Part shown: positions 52,583 to 64,000 of the stretch, one piece after another
How positions within the stretch are numbered: position 1 is the stretch's first letter
Layout of the letters: each line of letters begins with the position of its first letter
Assembly: GCF_044704955.1 (NCBI RefSeq)
Contig: NC_091984.1
Span: 148,490,001 to 148,554,000 of the forward strand
From: Pristiophorus japonicus
Lineage: Eukaryota
Length of the DNA: 64,000 nt
Reading direction: 5' to 3'
The notes under the pieces: model-generated
What the model was told of the DNA's origin: nothing
The model's input: the letters and a program-made list of their open reading frames with translations, nothing else
Databases searched by the model: none
Position numbers and translations under genes: made by a program

Positions 52583-53499
52583 CGTAGATGTTCTTCTCCT
52601 CTCCTGATCAACCAGCTAGACAGTTAATCAGTCGAATGCAAAACTGGAGACTTCATGTGTGCTGATGTTCCTGTTTCTGAGTCTGTTCTCGCAAAGTTCT
52701 CACGGTCTGAAGGCCACTATTTCTCTTACCTGTGAAACACAGCTTTCGAAGTAGCTCAACCACAGGACAGCTTGCAGCGTTCAGCAGCTTTAATGGACAT
52801 TTGTGCAGCAGAAAGTCCTGTTGGCCTCGCGAGGCATGCTGGTACATAAAATCTGGTCAAGTTACAGCAAACTTGTACAAAATCTTACCCCACTCAGTTG
52901 TACCAAACCGCTATTAAAAAAAGGAACAGCGGTTCTTCTCAAGGGCAATTAGGGATGGGCAATAAATGCTGGCCTTTCCGGTGATGCCCACATCGCAGGA
53001 ACAAATAAAAAAAATAAACGGGACAGTGGCAGTGTCGAGGAAATTTCTAAGTTAATTAACTCAGGCGGAGGCTTTCAGAGTCGTGCTTCGAGAGAATTTT
53101 ATTTTAAAAAGCGAAATATCTCGGAGAGCCTGCTTGGACCGTACCAAGGCAGAAAACTCTCCTGTACAAGCAAATTGTCCCTATCTTTATACAGAAATAG
53201 AATACAGAAATAGAAAAGGAATCTTATTCATTAGTTCCGTGAGTACAAAGGTCATCTCGGGAGGCACACACTCTATCTGTCCTTGCATAGTTTCTCCCTG
53301 TTCACAGTCTGATAAGCAGAGTATCAGGAGACTCCCTTTTAATACCGGATAGTCATTTAATTACATTTCTAAGTTTTAAGGCTAAAAAGTGTGGGTGTTG
53401 TTCTAGTCCTATTATTTCTTCAAATATAGCAAAAACAGAATTTAATCCTTCCCTTTACCATAAGCCATGGATTCATAGATTCTTTCTTCCACAATTCCC

Positions 53500-55605
53500 T
53501 TCTTGTTGATTTTTTTTTCAGATCAACACAATTTCCTATATTCTCTTCTTGCTCAAAAGGGGGTTCATACCCTTCAGGATAGGGTCGCATTTTGAGATAT
53601 TCGTCTTCATCAACCTTTTCCTCTAAGCAACTTAACCTTCCTTTCATGCACACACTTTTCCTTTCTATTTCGGAGATCAGGCCTATTACTTGACTAATTA
53701 CATTTTTTTATTTTATCCACATTCCGCAAAGGATTATTAATAATACAAGCATAACCACACCTACGATTACTATGGGGTGTATAGCAAGCTTCAGTACTGC
53801 TGTAGCTTTTGGGGACCATCCGGTAAACACATCCCACCAGTGGTGTACTGTCAAAGAGGTGACTTCGTCTACAATTCTTACTAGTTGCCCCTTCTTGTAA
53901 CTCATTTTGACTCTAAATTGGTGGATGTTTCTGCCTTGCTTTGACAGAGCTTCCTCAATTTTCTTGTCATTCCGTATCAAATTGTGCAGTCTGGTCAGAT
54001 TAATTACAGGGGGTAAGGGTTCAATCTTGTGCATAGACAGATATTTTTCTACATTTTGCCATTGCCCAAAGGTAATTTACTTCAGGGTCATACAGGGAGT
54101 AGACTCTTCTCACGCATTTATTAATGGGGGGTTTATACAAAATTCCATCCAGATAGACAGGTTTATTTCCTGTCACACAGACCTCATTCTGTCCTATTTC
54201 CGTAATATCAGTGTCATTTGTTGGCTTTAATTCCCATTTACATACTCCAATGGAGTGCTACAGTGAGCATGGTTCGTATATGGCGGTCTGATAGGGACAT
54301 ACCATTCCGAATGGCCACCTAGCACATCCCCTCTGGTGATGTGTCATATTCTTCTCATCGACCCAATCTCCTTTAAATTCTGGGTACCAGAAGTTCTGTC
54401 CAAACAGTTGGGGCATTACTTGGAACTGACACCAAATTTCTTTTCGTGTCTTACTTACTATCTCCACAGTAACTTTACATCCTTTTGAATTACAACTGGT
54501 ATATCTTTTTTTTGAGGGTTAATGGTTAAATTAAGAAGCTTATCCCTTTTGTTAATTTCCAGCAACCTTTCCCATGTGTTAGCATGGAAGGATAATATTT
54601 TCCTTTCTAACTCGGCTCTTAATAGCTGTCTGATCATTTCTTTAAACAGGCAATGGGTGTACTTGTTACTCCCTGTTGTTCCTTTATTAGGTTCTCTATT
54701 TCCTTCTCTACCCTTTCATTCTGTTCCCAGGTCATTTTGTTTATGACGTAACCTGATATTTGTAATTGCTGTAATCCTTCATCCCAGGCATTTCTGATTT
54801 TTATATCTTCCCCTACCAGTCCTCCGACGGCCTGGATTTTATTTTGTAGGGTCTCAATATCCATGGAGTTCAATGCTCCTATTGCTGCTCCCACTCCACC
54901 TAACACAGTCTCTAATACATCCCGTTTCTTTCTTTGGGGTCTTTCTTTTTCAAAAGATACCTTAACACTGGTTGTGTGGCAACCATCTTCTTTCTTTGGA
55001 GGATATTTAATTCGTATTGTTAGATTTAATACACCTGGGGATCTTACCACTGGGATGCAAGTGGTCAGTATCCTTTTTAGATGTCCCGGGTCCCGGTCTT
55101 CTGGGTGGCCAGATTCTTTTACTGACCATTTTACCACGAATGGGTCTCCTCCATTCACCGGGGTGTTATTCATGCACAACATCCGCTGCCCTTCTACCAT
55201 ACTTGTAAATGAATAATGGAGGAAGTCTTTTCTCTCGTCCGGCCCTCCTATGTACCCCCATCTCTTGTTTTTCCTCGTGCTGTGGGTACACTTCATCCAC
55301 ACATCGGCCTGGTATTCTATGAACAACTGATACCCTTTCCCCAATATAAACTGGAATTCCCCTCTTTCTTCTTTCATTCCACACGCCTCACATCGTGTCG
55401 TAAAGTTCCCTACTTTACAACTTTGGCCTACTGTGCATATAAAATTGCCTTGTTGCCTTGCACTATTACTTCTTTCCCATACCATATTTCCCTTCCATAC
55501 TCTTCCTTCTTTTAGAACTTCTTCCTCCTGCCGGGAGTTCCCTGACGCTAAAATGATCAGTATACCTAACGTCCATTTATAATTTTTCCAAGAGTCCCTT
55601 CCCAT
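53500..55605 (-). pseudogene. env: ERV env (frameshifted after about codon 320)
   Basis: Signal peptide WTLGILIILASG, furin site RKKR (54922-54933), fusion peptide DVLETVLGGVGAAIGALN and TM anchor PIVIVGVVMLVLLIILCGMW. Confidence 0.88.
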
Positions 55606-55732
55606 CTTCCCTTTCTTGTTTGTTTCTATACCACTCTTGAATTAAGTCGTTACAATAACAACACGTCCACACGATAGTAACAGTGGCCCAAATAATAAAG
55701 GCCCAAACTGGCACACAAATGAGCTCTGACAT
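55577..55732 (-). CDS. Putative 51-aa single-pass membrane accessory protein, overlapping the env start
   Basis: Hand translation gives MSELICVPVWAFIIWATVTIVWTCCYCNDLIQEWYRNKQEREDGKGLLEKL*. It is below the ORF-track length cutoff. Confidence 0.6.
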   Translation of the reverse strand: MSELICVPVWAFIIWATVTIVWTCCYCNDLIQEWYRNKQEREDGKGLLEKL

Positions 55733-55830
55733 CCGTTCCTGAACTTTTGGGCAGTACTTTCAAGTCCAAATATTTAATTTAATGCAAGAGCAGGTACAGT
55801 TCTTCAGCGAGAAGATGGCCTTTTTCTTAG

Positions 55831-58800
55831 TCAGGCAATCGTAGTACGTCCTGTTTCGATGCCTTTTCTTTTGGCTGTATTTCGTCGGGAAAATAATTTA
55901 CAATGGGTTGCATGCACCCAATTTGGATGCTTTTCCAACTTCCGCGCAGTTCGTGTTGTGAGAATTATCTGATATGGTCCTTTCCACCTAGGAGAAAAGG
56001 ATTCTTTGTTTAATGTTTTTACCAGCAGTTGATCTCCAGGCCTGAAAGGGTGCATATTTCCTTCCGACGGGGGCACCTGTGTCTGCTTTATCTGTTCATG
56101 CAGACTCCTTGCTATTTCACACATGGCCTGAGCATACTTTAGTGATTTTTCATCATTCCAAATTAATGCTATTTTTTCAGCTGCCAGTGGTGGTTTTACG
56201 CCAGTAGGCATTGGTCTTCCCAATAAGGCTTCATGTGGTGTCAAACCAGTGTTTCGGTTTTTCTGGTTTCTCATTGTATACAATACCAATGGTAAGGCAT
56301 CTGGCCACTTTAGTCCAGTCTCCTGGCATACCTTGGTAAGGGTAGATTTTATTATCCCATTTACTCTTTCTACCATTCCCGAGGACTGTGGCTGATATGG
56401 TATATGTAACTTCCACTGGAAACCTAACGCTTCTGCAAGATTTTGCACTATTTTTCCGGTGAAGTGTGTTCCCCTGTCACTGTTGATTCCCATAGGTATC
56501 CCATATCTTGGTACTATTTCTTTAAATAGAATTTTTACTACTATTTGGACATCGTCTCTCCTAGTGGCGTACGCTTCTACCCACCTTGTGAACATGTCTA
56601 TTATGACTAATAGGTACTTAAGACCTGATACTGGAGGCGTGTGGATAAAATCAATTTGCAAATTTTCAAAGGGCATACTTGGCTGGGGTAGATGATCATA
56701 TTCAGCAGGTGTTTTACCTCTGTTATTTTGTTGACAAATTTGGCATGTTCTAGCAACTTTCTCAATTACTACTGTTATTCCTGGTGCATACCACTGTGCA
56801 TTAATAGCATGTATCATCCCTCCTTTGCCCAATTGAGCCTGACCGTGTGCTAGGCGAGACAGGGGCAAAAATAGAGATTTAGGGCAAACAGTTCGCCCAT
56901 CAGGGTGACACCAGATGTCGTTTTTGAGAAAACAACCCTGGTTTTCCCAAGTTCTTCCTTCCTGCATGGTAACTTGTTGTTGGGCTGTTTTAAGTTGTTG
57001 GATGTCAAGTACCTGTGGAGGGGAGACTGAGACTGCTTGAAGGCAGTCTGCCTGTGCCGAAGCGGCCTGTTTGGCTGCCTCGTCAGCCCTCCTATTTCCT
57101 ACTGATACTTCATCCTCACCGGTTGTGTGAGCTGCACATTTGATGACGGCTACCTTACTTGGCAACTGAATGGCATCTAATAGATTAAGCACCAGTTGAG
57201 AGTGCTTAATATGCTTTCCATCAGAGGTGATAAAGCCTCTGTTTTTCCACAGTTGTCCAAAATCATGGACCACACCAAATGCATATCTGGAATCAGTATA
57301 GATATTAGCAGTATGATCTTTAGCTATTATACAAGCTCTAGTGAGGGCAAACAATTCAGCAGCCTGAGCCGAGGTTCCGGGAGGCAGGGCGAATGCTTCA
57401 ACAGTTTCGTGGGGATTTACAATAGCATAGCCTGCCAACAGCAAGTCATCCGACGGCCTATGTGATGATCCATCCGTATAGAGAATAAGATCAGGATTGT
57501 CCATGTGCTCTGTGAGCAAATCTGGTCTTGGTAAGGTGGCTATTTCCACTGTTAACAGACAATCATGCTGGTCTGGATCCTCTATTCTTTAGTAGGAAGA
57601 AAGGTGGCTGGGTTTACTACCGGTGCGCGTCGAAAGGTATAGTTAGGGTGTGACAGCAGTAATACTTCATAACCTGTTCTTCTAGACGCTGTAAAGTGTT
57701 GTGTGGCAGCTGAATTCAAAAGTAATAACACAGCATGGGCTGTAATGACAGCACATAGATAATCCAAAACAATAGGTACCGACTTCTCCACCATGACTGC
57801 AGTAGCAGCTACAGCACGTAGACATGCTGGCATTCCCCTTACTACTGGAGGCAGCAAAACCGAATAATAAGCAACTGGTCTATTTCCCCCACCATGTTCG
57901 TGGGTTAGTACTGCGGTTGCAAATCCTTCTTTCTCATTCACATACATCTGAAAAGGTTTACCATAATTCGGAAGTCCCAACGCCGGAGCATTAGTAATGG
58001 CCTTCTTTAACTGTTTAAATGCCTCCTCTCTCTCTGGGGTCCACTCCACCTTGGGTGGGGCATCATTTAGGGCAGCTGATCTTAGGACCGCATCCCATTC
58101 TCGATAATCGGGGATCCATTGTCTACAGTACCCAACCATCCCCAAAAATGACAAGATATCCTTCTTTGTCTTTGGTATGGGGGCACTTTGAATTGTCTGA
58201 ATTCTTTCTGGTCCTAACTGCCTCTGCCCTTGAGATATGTGAAAACCCAGGTACTGGACTTGAGTCTGACAAAATTGTAACTTTGGTAACGACACTCGGT
58301 GCCCTCTTTCACATAGGTTCTGTAACAGTTTTAGGGAGTCTTGTACGCACCTGTATCCGTGGCTAGAAGCCACAAGCAAATCGTCCGCATACTGCAACAG
58401 CACAGACTGGTCTGATAATGAACAGTCGTCAAGGTCTCTTTTTACTGCTGCTGCATATACTGCGGGGCTTTCGGTGTATCCTTGGGGCAATCTGGTCCAT
58501 GTGTACTGCTGCTTTTGTGGGTGAAAGCAAACAGATACTGACTTTCTTGATTTAAGGGATGGAGAAAAAAGCTGAACACAGGTCTATCACAGTAAAGACA
58601 GTTGCTGTTGGTGGTATAGCAGATAGTATAATGTTGGTGTCCGGTACCACAGGGGTGATAGGGACTACTATCTTATTAATAGCTCTCAGATCTTGCACAA
58701 ATCTCCATTCATTCGGCCTATTAACCTTTGGTATGGGCAGTATCGGAGTGTTACACGGGCTCTGTGTCTTTTTTAAAACTCCTTGTTCCAACAATGCAGA

Positions 58801-59985
58801 AATGACTGGCTCTATCCCATTTTCTGCCTCTGGAGGCAGTCTGTACTGTCTAATGCTTGGTAACACGGTGTTCTTTATCAATTGTACCCGATGGGGTACT
58901 GCAGAATGTACTTGCCCAACATGATTCTTATGCTTTGCCCAAAGTTCAGAAGATACTTGATTCAATGCCATTGGCAGCTTAGGGCTTGGTTGTTCCGGGG
59001 GTTGCTGTTTTTCAAAAGTGGAGGCGTGATTTTTACCTTTCCACTGGAGAATCCCCCTGTTGTGGGTGATGAAGTCTATCTGAACATTTTGCAGTTTTAT
59101 TACTGCCCAAGGTTGATAGCCTTGTTGCTGTTTTTCTTTTTCTATTCCTACAATCATCGGACCCATATCTTTTGTTTTCGCTGGCGGTTTTGTAGCCAAT
59201 GTCAGATGGGGTGTCGAGTTCGCTTCTCTATACCGCTGCTGCTGTAAGGGTGTCAAATCCATGGCTACCCCCAATCCTTCTGGTCCAAAATAAATGTGGG
59301 GCGTAGCTTCTACTATTTCTTCTTTTTTTAAAAAGGATTGTACCAAACACTGGTAAGTTTCAGCTTTTTGCCGAGTGTACCAGGCTGTACAATGAAGCTG
59401 AACTGCCTGAATGCTTGTCAAAATTATATACATCAATTCTTCAGTATTAGGGTCGATTTTAGCTTTTAAATTTTGTATAACTTCATGTATCAAAGGAGAG
59501 TAGAAGTTGCCATTCAATTGCCAACAATAGAGGGCAGCCTTTTCTTTGTTATCCTCCCTTTTCTCTTCTTTAATCCCATTAAACAACTGATGAATTTTAT
59601 TTGGAGGGAGCTCCATGTACATTCCTTCCTTTGTGCAATAAATTGTGGCTCCTAGTTTGCACAAAGTCTGTCTTCCCAATAAAGGGAGAGGTGTTGTTTT
59701 AGAGACTATCAAAGTCTCATCATTAACTGGTTGTCCTTCAATTATCAATTTGGTAGGTTCAGATAAAAATTCTTTCATGGGGCTACCGGCCACACCCATA
59801 CTTAAGACGGTGGTGTTGCTTACAGGTAATCCCACAGAGGATGGTACAGAAGACATAGTAGCACCGGTATCCACCAGGAATTTCACATAAGTGTCTCCTA
59901 CTTTTACTACTGCCAAAGGGTTTTCTTCGATGTCTGCTGATAAGTGGAGGGCTGCCGCCTGTACCACTAAGCCTCCAGGGCATCC
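55831..59985 (-). pseudogene. pol: ERV pro-pol, in frame after the gag amber codon; three 1-nt frameshifts
   Basis: FLVDTGA, QDLRAIN, LPQGYTESP, LQYADDLL, RNaseH YTDGSS/SAQAAEL, integrase HHCC plus QIDF/SDRG/SGMVER and WKGPY. Confidence 0.95.
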
Positions 59986-61631
59986 CTATGCTGATTGGTG
60001 CGGGTTGGGGTTAGAGAACGAAAACTGAGGGACCAATGAAGGTGGAGGTTTGGGGAAATCCCCTTGTAACACTCCACCCTGTTTCGGGGGGCATCTGCAA
60101 TCGCGAGCCCAATGCCCTTTCCTTCCACAATTTCTACACTCATCTTGGGAGCGGTCTCGTTGGGGCCACTGTCCTCTCCCTCTTCCTCGTCCTCGTCCCC
60201 CAAACCCTCCTCTATTATTCTGTGCTTGTCCTCTTCCCTTTTGCTGATAGTACTGACCTGCTGTTTTAGCCTTATTTTCCTTATAGGTGAATAGTCCCTC
60301 CCTATCCATGTTGGCCAAGACTGTAATTGTTTCCTTCCAACTTTTTTCTTGCCAGTCCAAAACCTTAATTTTATAGGTTCTCGCGTGTTGCGGCAACATA
60401 CAATTTAACAAGGTTTGCACTGCCAAAGGTTCATTTTGATCCATTGGTATTGGTGCATGCTCGTCTCAACTATTTTTCCATCTGCCTGCAAAATCTATTA
60501 TTGATTCTTCTGCTTTCTGCAGACAGCGCGTGACTTCCCCTATATCTCCATGCTTTTTAGCTCCCTATAGTATGGCATCCTTGCCCCTGTGCTGCAACCA
60601 ATGTTCCCGGGACTCATTTCCTTCTTCCTCATTATCTTCCCGCCAATCTCCGTTTTCGCCGGCGGTACAGGGAACATATCTTTTACCCCCTGCCAAGAGG
60701 ACCCATATGCTGCCTCCAGTAATAATTTCACATCTCCGGGGAGGGGGTTATAAATGGTACAGGTTTGCTCAAGCCAGTTATGAAAGGTTACTGGCTTCTT
60801 AACAGGATTAGGGGTGGCTGATATCATATCCCGAGCTTCCAGGGCTTTAGGACAGCCGTGGTTCCAATCATTACACGGGGGGCTTGTGTCGTGGGGGTAG
60901 TGGTGGAATCGGCCTGTCTTATGGTATTCCTGGTATTCATTCCAGGGTCAGGGTTGGGGTTTTCGCCTTCGGCTCCTCCACTTGCCCCTCCTTCCCCGTT
61001 TTCATCCTCTGGTGGGTTCTGGGGTCGTGGTTGCATTCGTCGCCTAGAGGCCTGATCTAGCTGGGCAGCCACTATTTCTATGATCTCCTGCCAATCATCC
61101 GGCTTGGTGGTTGGAAGACGGGGATATAAGCCGACAGGGGAAGCGGTCATAACTGGGGCTCTCGGGGGGGCTGTAAGAGGGAGGGGGCTTCTCCTTACCC
61201 TCCTCCTCTTTCTTTTTATTTTTAGGGGGCTGGTGCCTTTTTGCCACCTCTGTCCATTTTTTAAAACAATTCTCCATATAATCTTTATCCCAAGTGGGGT
61301 CCCCCGCCCCATCTTTGGTGGTCTGTCTCCATTCCTCAATTAAGGACAATTTAAAACTTCCTCCATATGGCCAATCCCCATCATACCAACCGTACAAATC
61401 GCTACTAAACGTTACCGCGTATCTGTCGTCTCCTGTTTCTTTAATTACAGTGTCTGCCGGCGAGCCGGGCGGCACAATAGGATCTCCTACCTTCTCTCGT
61501 TGCTTTGCTACCTTACGGATTCTTTTCTCAGTCTTAGGATGTACTTTCATTCTTTCAGTTGAGAGGTCGTCTTTCTTTCCTTTTCTAGGAGCTGGGCGCG
61601 AGCGCCCTGCTCGACTAGAGCCGTTTCCCAT
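59986..61631 (-). pseudogene. gag: ERV gag (frameshifted)
   Basis: MGNGSS myristoylation start at 61631, PPSY late domain, a single CRNCGRKGHWARDC knuckle, and a TAG stop. Confidence 0.9.
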
Positions 61632-62414
61632 TCTTCCGGGTGCAACGTCTCGCGATCTTTTCTGAAATGAGAGTTGGGACAATCCTACAAAATATACAAT
61701 AATTTACAAAGCGCTCAGCTCGGGGTCTCCTTTTGCCTTTTTGTTATTTTAGCTTCTTTGCGGTAGCTACCTTAAATTATGCCTCACCCTCCAGGGGATC
61801 TCGGCAGCTCGTCCCCCTTTCAGCTAGGACGGCCGAGGCACCTTCCTCCTTTCAGCTAGGAAGGTCCTTAAAATTCCTCTTTACTCTTTAAAAGTTAAAT
61901 TTAGTTCTTTTGGATCTCGTTTTTTAGAGATCCTGCCGGACTACGCCAGAATCTGTCGAGGAAATTTCTCAGTTAATTAACTCAGGCGGAGGCTTTCAGA
62001 GTCGTGCTTCGAGAGAATTTTATTTAAAAAAGCGAAATATCTCGGAGAGCCTGCTTGGACCGTACCAAGGCAGAAAACTCTCCTGTACAAGCAAATTGTC
62101 CCTATCTTTATACAGAAATAGAATACAGAAATAGAAAAGGAATCTTATTCATTAGTTCCGTGAGTACAAAGGTCGTCTCGGGAGGCACACACTCTATCTG
62201 TCCTTGCATAGTTTCTCCCTGTTCACAGTCTGATAAGCAGAATATCAGGAGACTCCCTTTTAATACCGGATAGTCATTTAATTACATTTCTAAGTTTTAA
62301 GGCTAAAAAGTGTGGGTGTTGTTCTAGTCCTATTATTTCTTCAAATATAGCAAAAACAGAATTTAACCCTTCCCTTTACCATAAGCCATGGATTCATAGA
62401 TTCTTTCTTCCACA

Positions 62415-63810
62415 GGCAGCAAGGATACAAAATTGGCCAAGTGACAGAAAACGGAGAGTAGTGGTGAACAGTTGTCTTTCGGACTGGAGGAAGGTATACA
62501 GTGATTCCCCAGGGGTCGGTACTGGGACCACTTCTTTTCTTGGTGTATATTAATGACTTGGATGTGAGTACACAGGGCACAATTTTAAAATTTGCAGATG
62601 AGACAAAACTTGGAAGTACAGGTTGTACCTCCCTTATCCAGAAATCCCTTATCCGGAACCACCTCTCGTCCAGAACCATTCCCAACCACTACGACATGAA
62701 CAAATTGAAGTCCTTCTTCGCTGCCGACTCCCGCAATCGCTGGCCTGACCCCGTGATCCACCGCCCCCCGCTGCCCCCAATGGTCTCTCTGCTGCACTCC
62801 CAGCCCCAAGCCAGGCAGCCCCGATATCCCCTTGCTCAGTACCTGTACCATCCAATTTAACGTGACCACCCCTCATCCAGAAAAATCCCTTATCCAGAAC
62901 AGGCCCGTTCTCGAGAGTTCCGGATAAGGGAGGTTCAACCTGTACAGTGATCAGTGAGGAGGATAGTGATAGGCTTCAAAATATAGACAGGCTGGTGGAA
63001 TGGGCGTAGACTTGGCAGATGAAATTTAACGCAAAAAAGTGCAAAGTGATACATTTTGGCAGAAAGAATGATGAGAGGAAATATAAACTAAAGATTACAA
63101 TCCTAAAGCGGGTGCATGAACATAGAGAACTGGGGGTATATGTGCACAAATCGTTGTAGGTGGTAGGGCAGCTTGAGAAAATGCTTTCAAGAAAGCATAC
63201 GGGATCCTGGGCTTCATAAGTAGAGGCATAGAGTACAAAAGTGTGGAAATTATGATGAACCTGTATAAAACACTGGTTTGGCCTCAAATGGAGTATTGTG
63301 TCCAAGGATGTGAAAGCCTTAGAGAGGGTGCAGAGGGAATCTACAAGAATGGTTCCAGGGATGAGGGACTTCAGTTACGTGGATAGACTGGAGAAGCTGG
63401 GGTTGTTCTCCTTGGAGCAGAGAAGATTGAGAGGAGATTTGACCAAGGTGTTCAAAATCATGAGGGGTCTGGACAGAGTAGATAGAGAGAAACTGTTCCC
63501 ATTGGCGGAAGGGTCGAGAACCAGAGGACACAGATTTAAGGTGATTGGCAGAAGAACCAAAGGCGACATGCGGGAAAACGTTTTACGCAGCGAGTGGCTC
63601 GGATCTGGAATGCTCTGCCTGAAAGGGTGGTGGAGGCAGACTCAATCGTGGCTTTCAAAAGGGAATTGGATAAGTACCTGAAGGTAAACAATTTGCAGGG
63701 CTATGGGGAAAGGGTGGGAGAGTGGGACTTGCTGAAGTGCTCTTGCAGAGAGCCGGAACGGGCTCGATGGGCCGAATGGCCTCCTCCTGTGTTGTAACCA
63801 TTCTCTGATT
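62415..63810 (+). mobile_element. CR1 LINE 3' half (host of the ERV and the MITE)
   Basis: PQGSVLGP, KFADETK and RRLRGDL motifs plus the CR1 3' tail. Confidence 0.9.
62619..62942. mobile_element. Tc1/mariner(pogo/Tigger)-type MITE
   Basis: TIRs of about 25 bp (CAGGTTGTACCTCCCTTATCC / GGATAAGGGAGGTTCAACCTG) flanked by TA on both sides. Confidence 0.9.
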
Positions 63811-64000
63811 CAGTGAGTTGTGAATGGAACTGAACACTGTGCAGTCATCAGTGAACATCCCCACTTCTGACCTTATGTTGGAGGGAAGGTCATTGATGAA
63901 ACAGCTGAAGATGGTTGGGCCTAGGACACTGCCCTAAGGAACTCCTGCAGCGATGTCCTGGGGCTAAGATGATTGACCTCCAACAACCACAACCATCTTC

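Larger units (their letters stand above)
53033..62414 (-). mobile_element. Full-length endogenous retrovirus (gamma/epsilon-like gag-pol). 3'LTR 53033-53493, 5'LTR 61954-62414
   Basis: 461-bp TG...CA LTRs with 5 differences. TSD GGCAG. PBS TGGCGTAGTC(C)GGCAGGAT (61930-61948, tRNA-Ser-like). PPT AACAAGAAGGGAAT. Inserted in a CR1. Confidence 0.97.

Noticed and set aside
53083-53352. LTR-encoded accessory ORF (nef/sag-like), duplicated at 62055-62273
   Set aside because: It is antisense, has non-ATG starts and no recognisable features; the duplication simply reflects the two LTRs.

Overview
This is eukaryotic, cartilaginous-fish (shark-like) genomic DNA, mostly transposable elements. It contains one host gene: a complete, unrearranged immunoglobulin kappa-type (type III/NS4-like) light-chain minicluster on the minus strand. 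The cluster comprises a promoter, leader (23305-23353), V (22819-23117) with a 12-RSS, J (21263-21297) with a 23-RSS, C (15335-15663) and poly(A) signals. Around it lie four decayed Gypsy LTR elements (one nested in another), two solo LTRs, many CR1 LINE pieces, RTE, L2 and Tx1 fragments, SINEs, a Harbinger relic, a MITE and two minisatellites. There is also a young full-length endogenous retrovirus (53033-62414; LTRs about 99% identical). The most unusual observations: (i) a 51-aa single-pass membrane ORF between pol and env of the ERV, in a Vpu-like position and missed by the ORF track; (ii) a long-TM env without obvious gamma-type motifs on a gamma/epsilon-type gag-pol; (iii) a poly(A)-tailed retroposon piece containing U2 snRNA sequence in permuted order, just downstream of Ig C; (iv) candidate Ig regulatory elements, including an EICE/kB/RUNX island, a weak KDE-like 23-RSS and a CTCF motif. 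All calls come from reading the sequence by eye. Repeat boundaries without TSDs are approximate.
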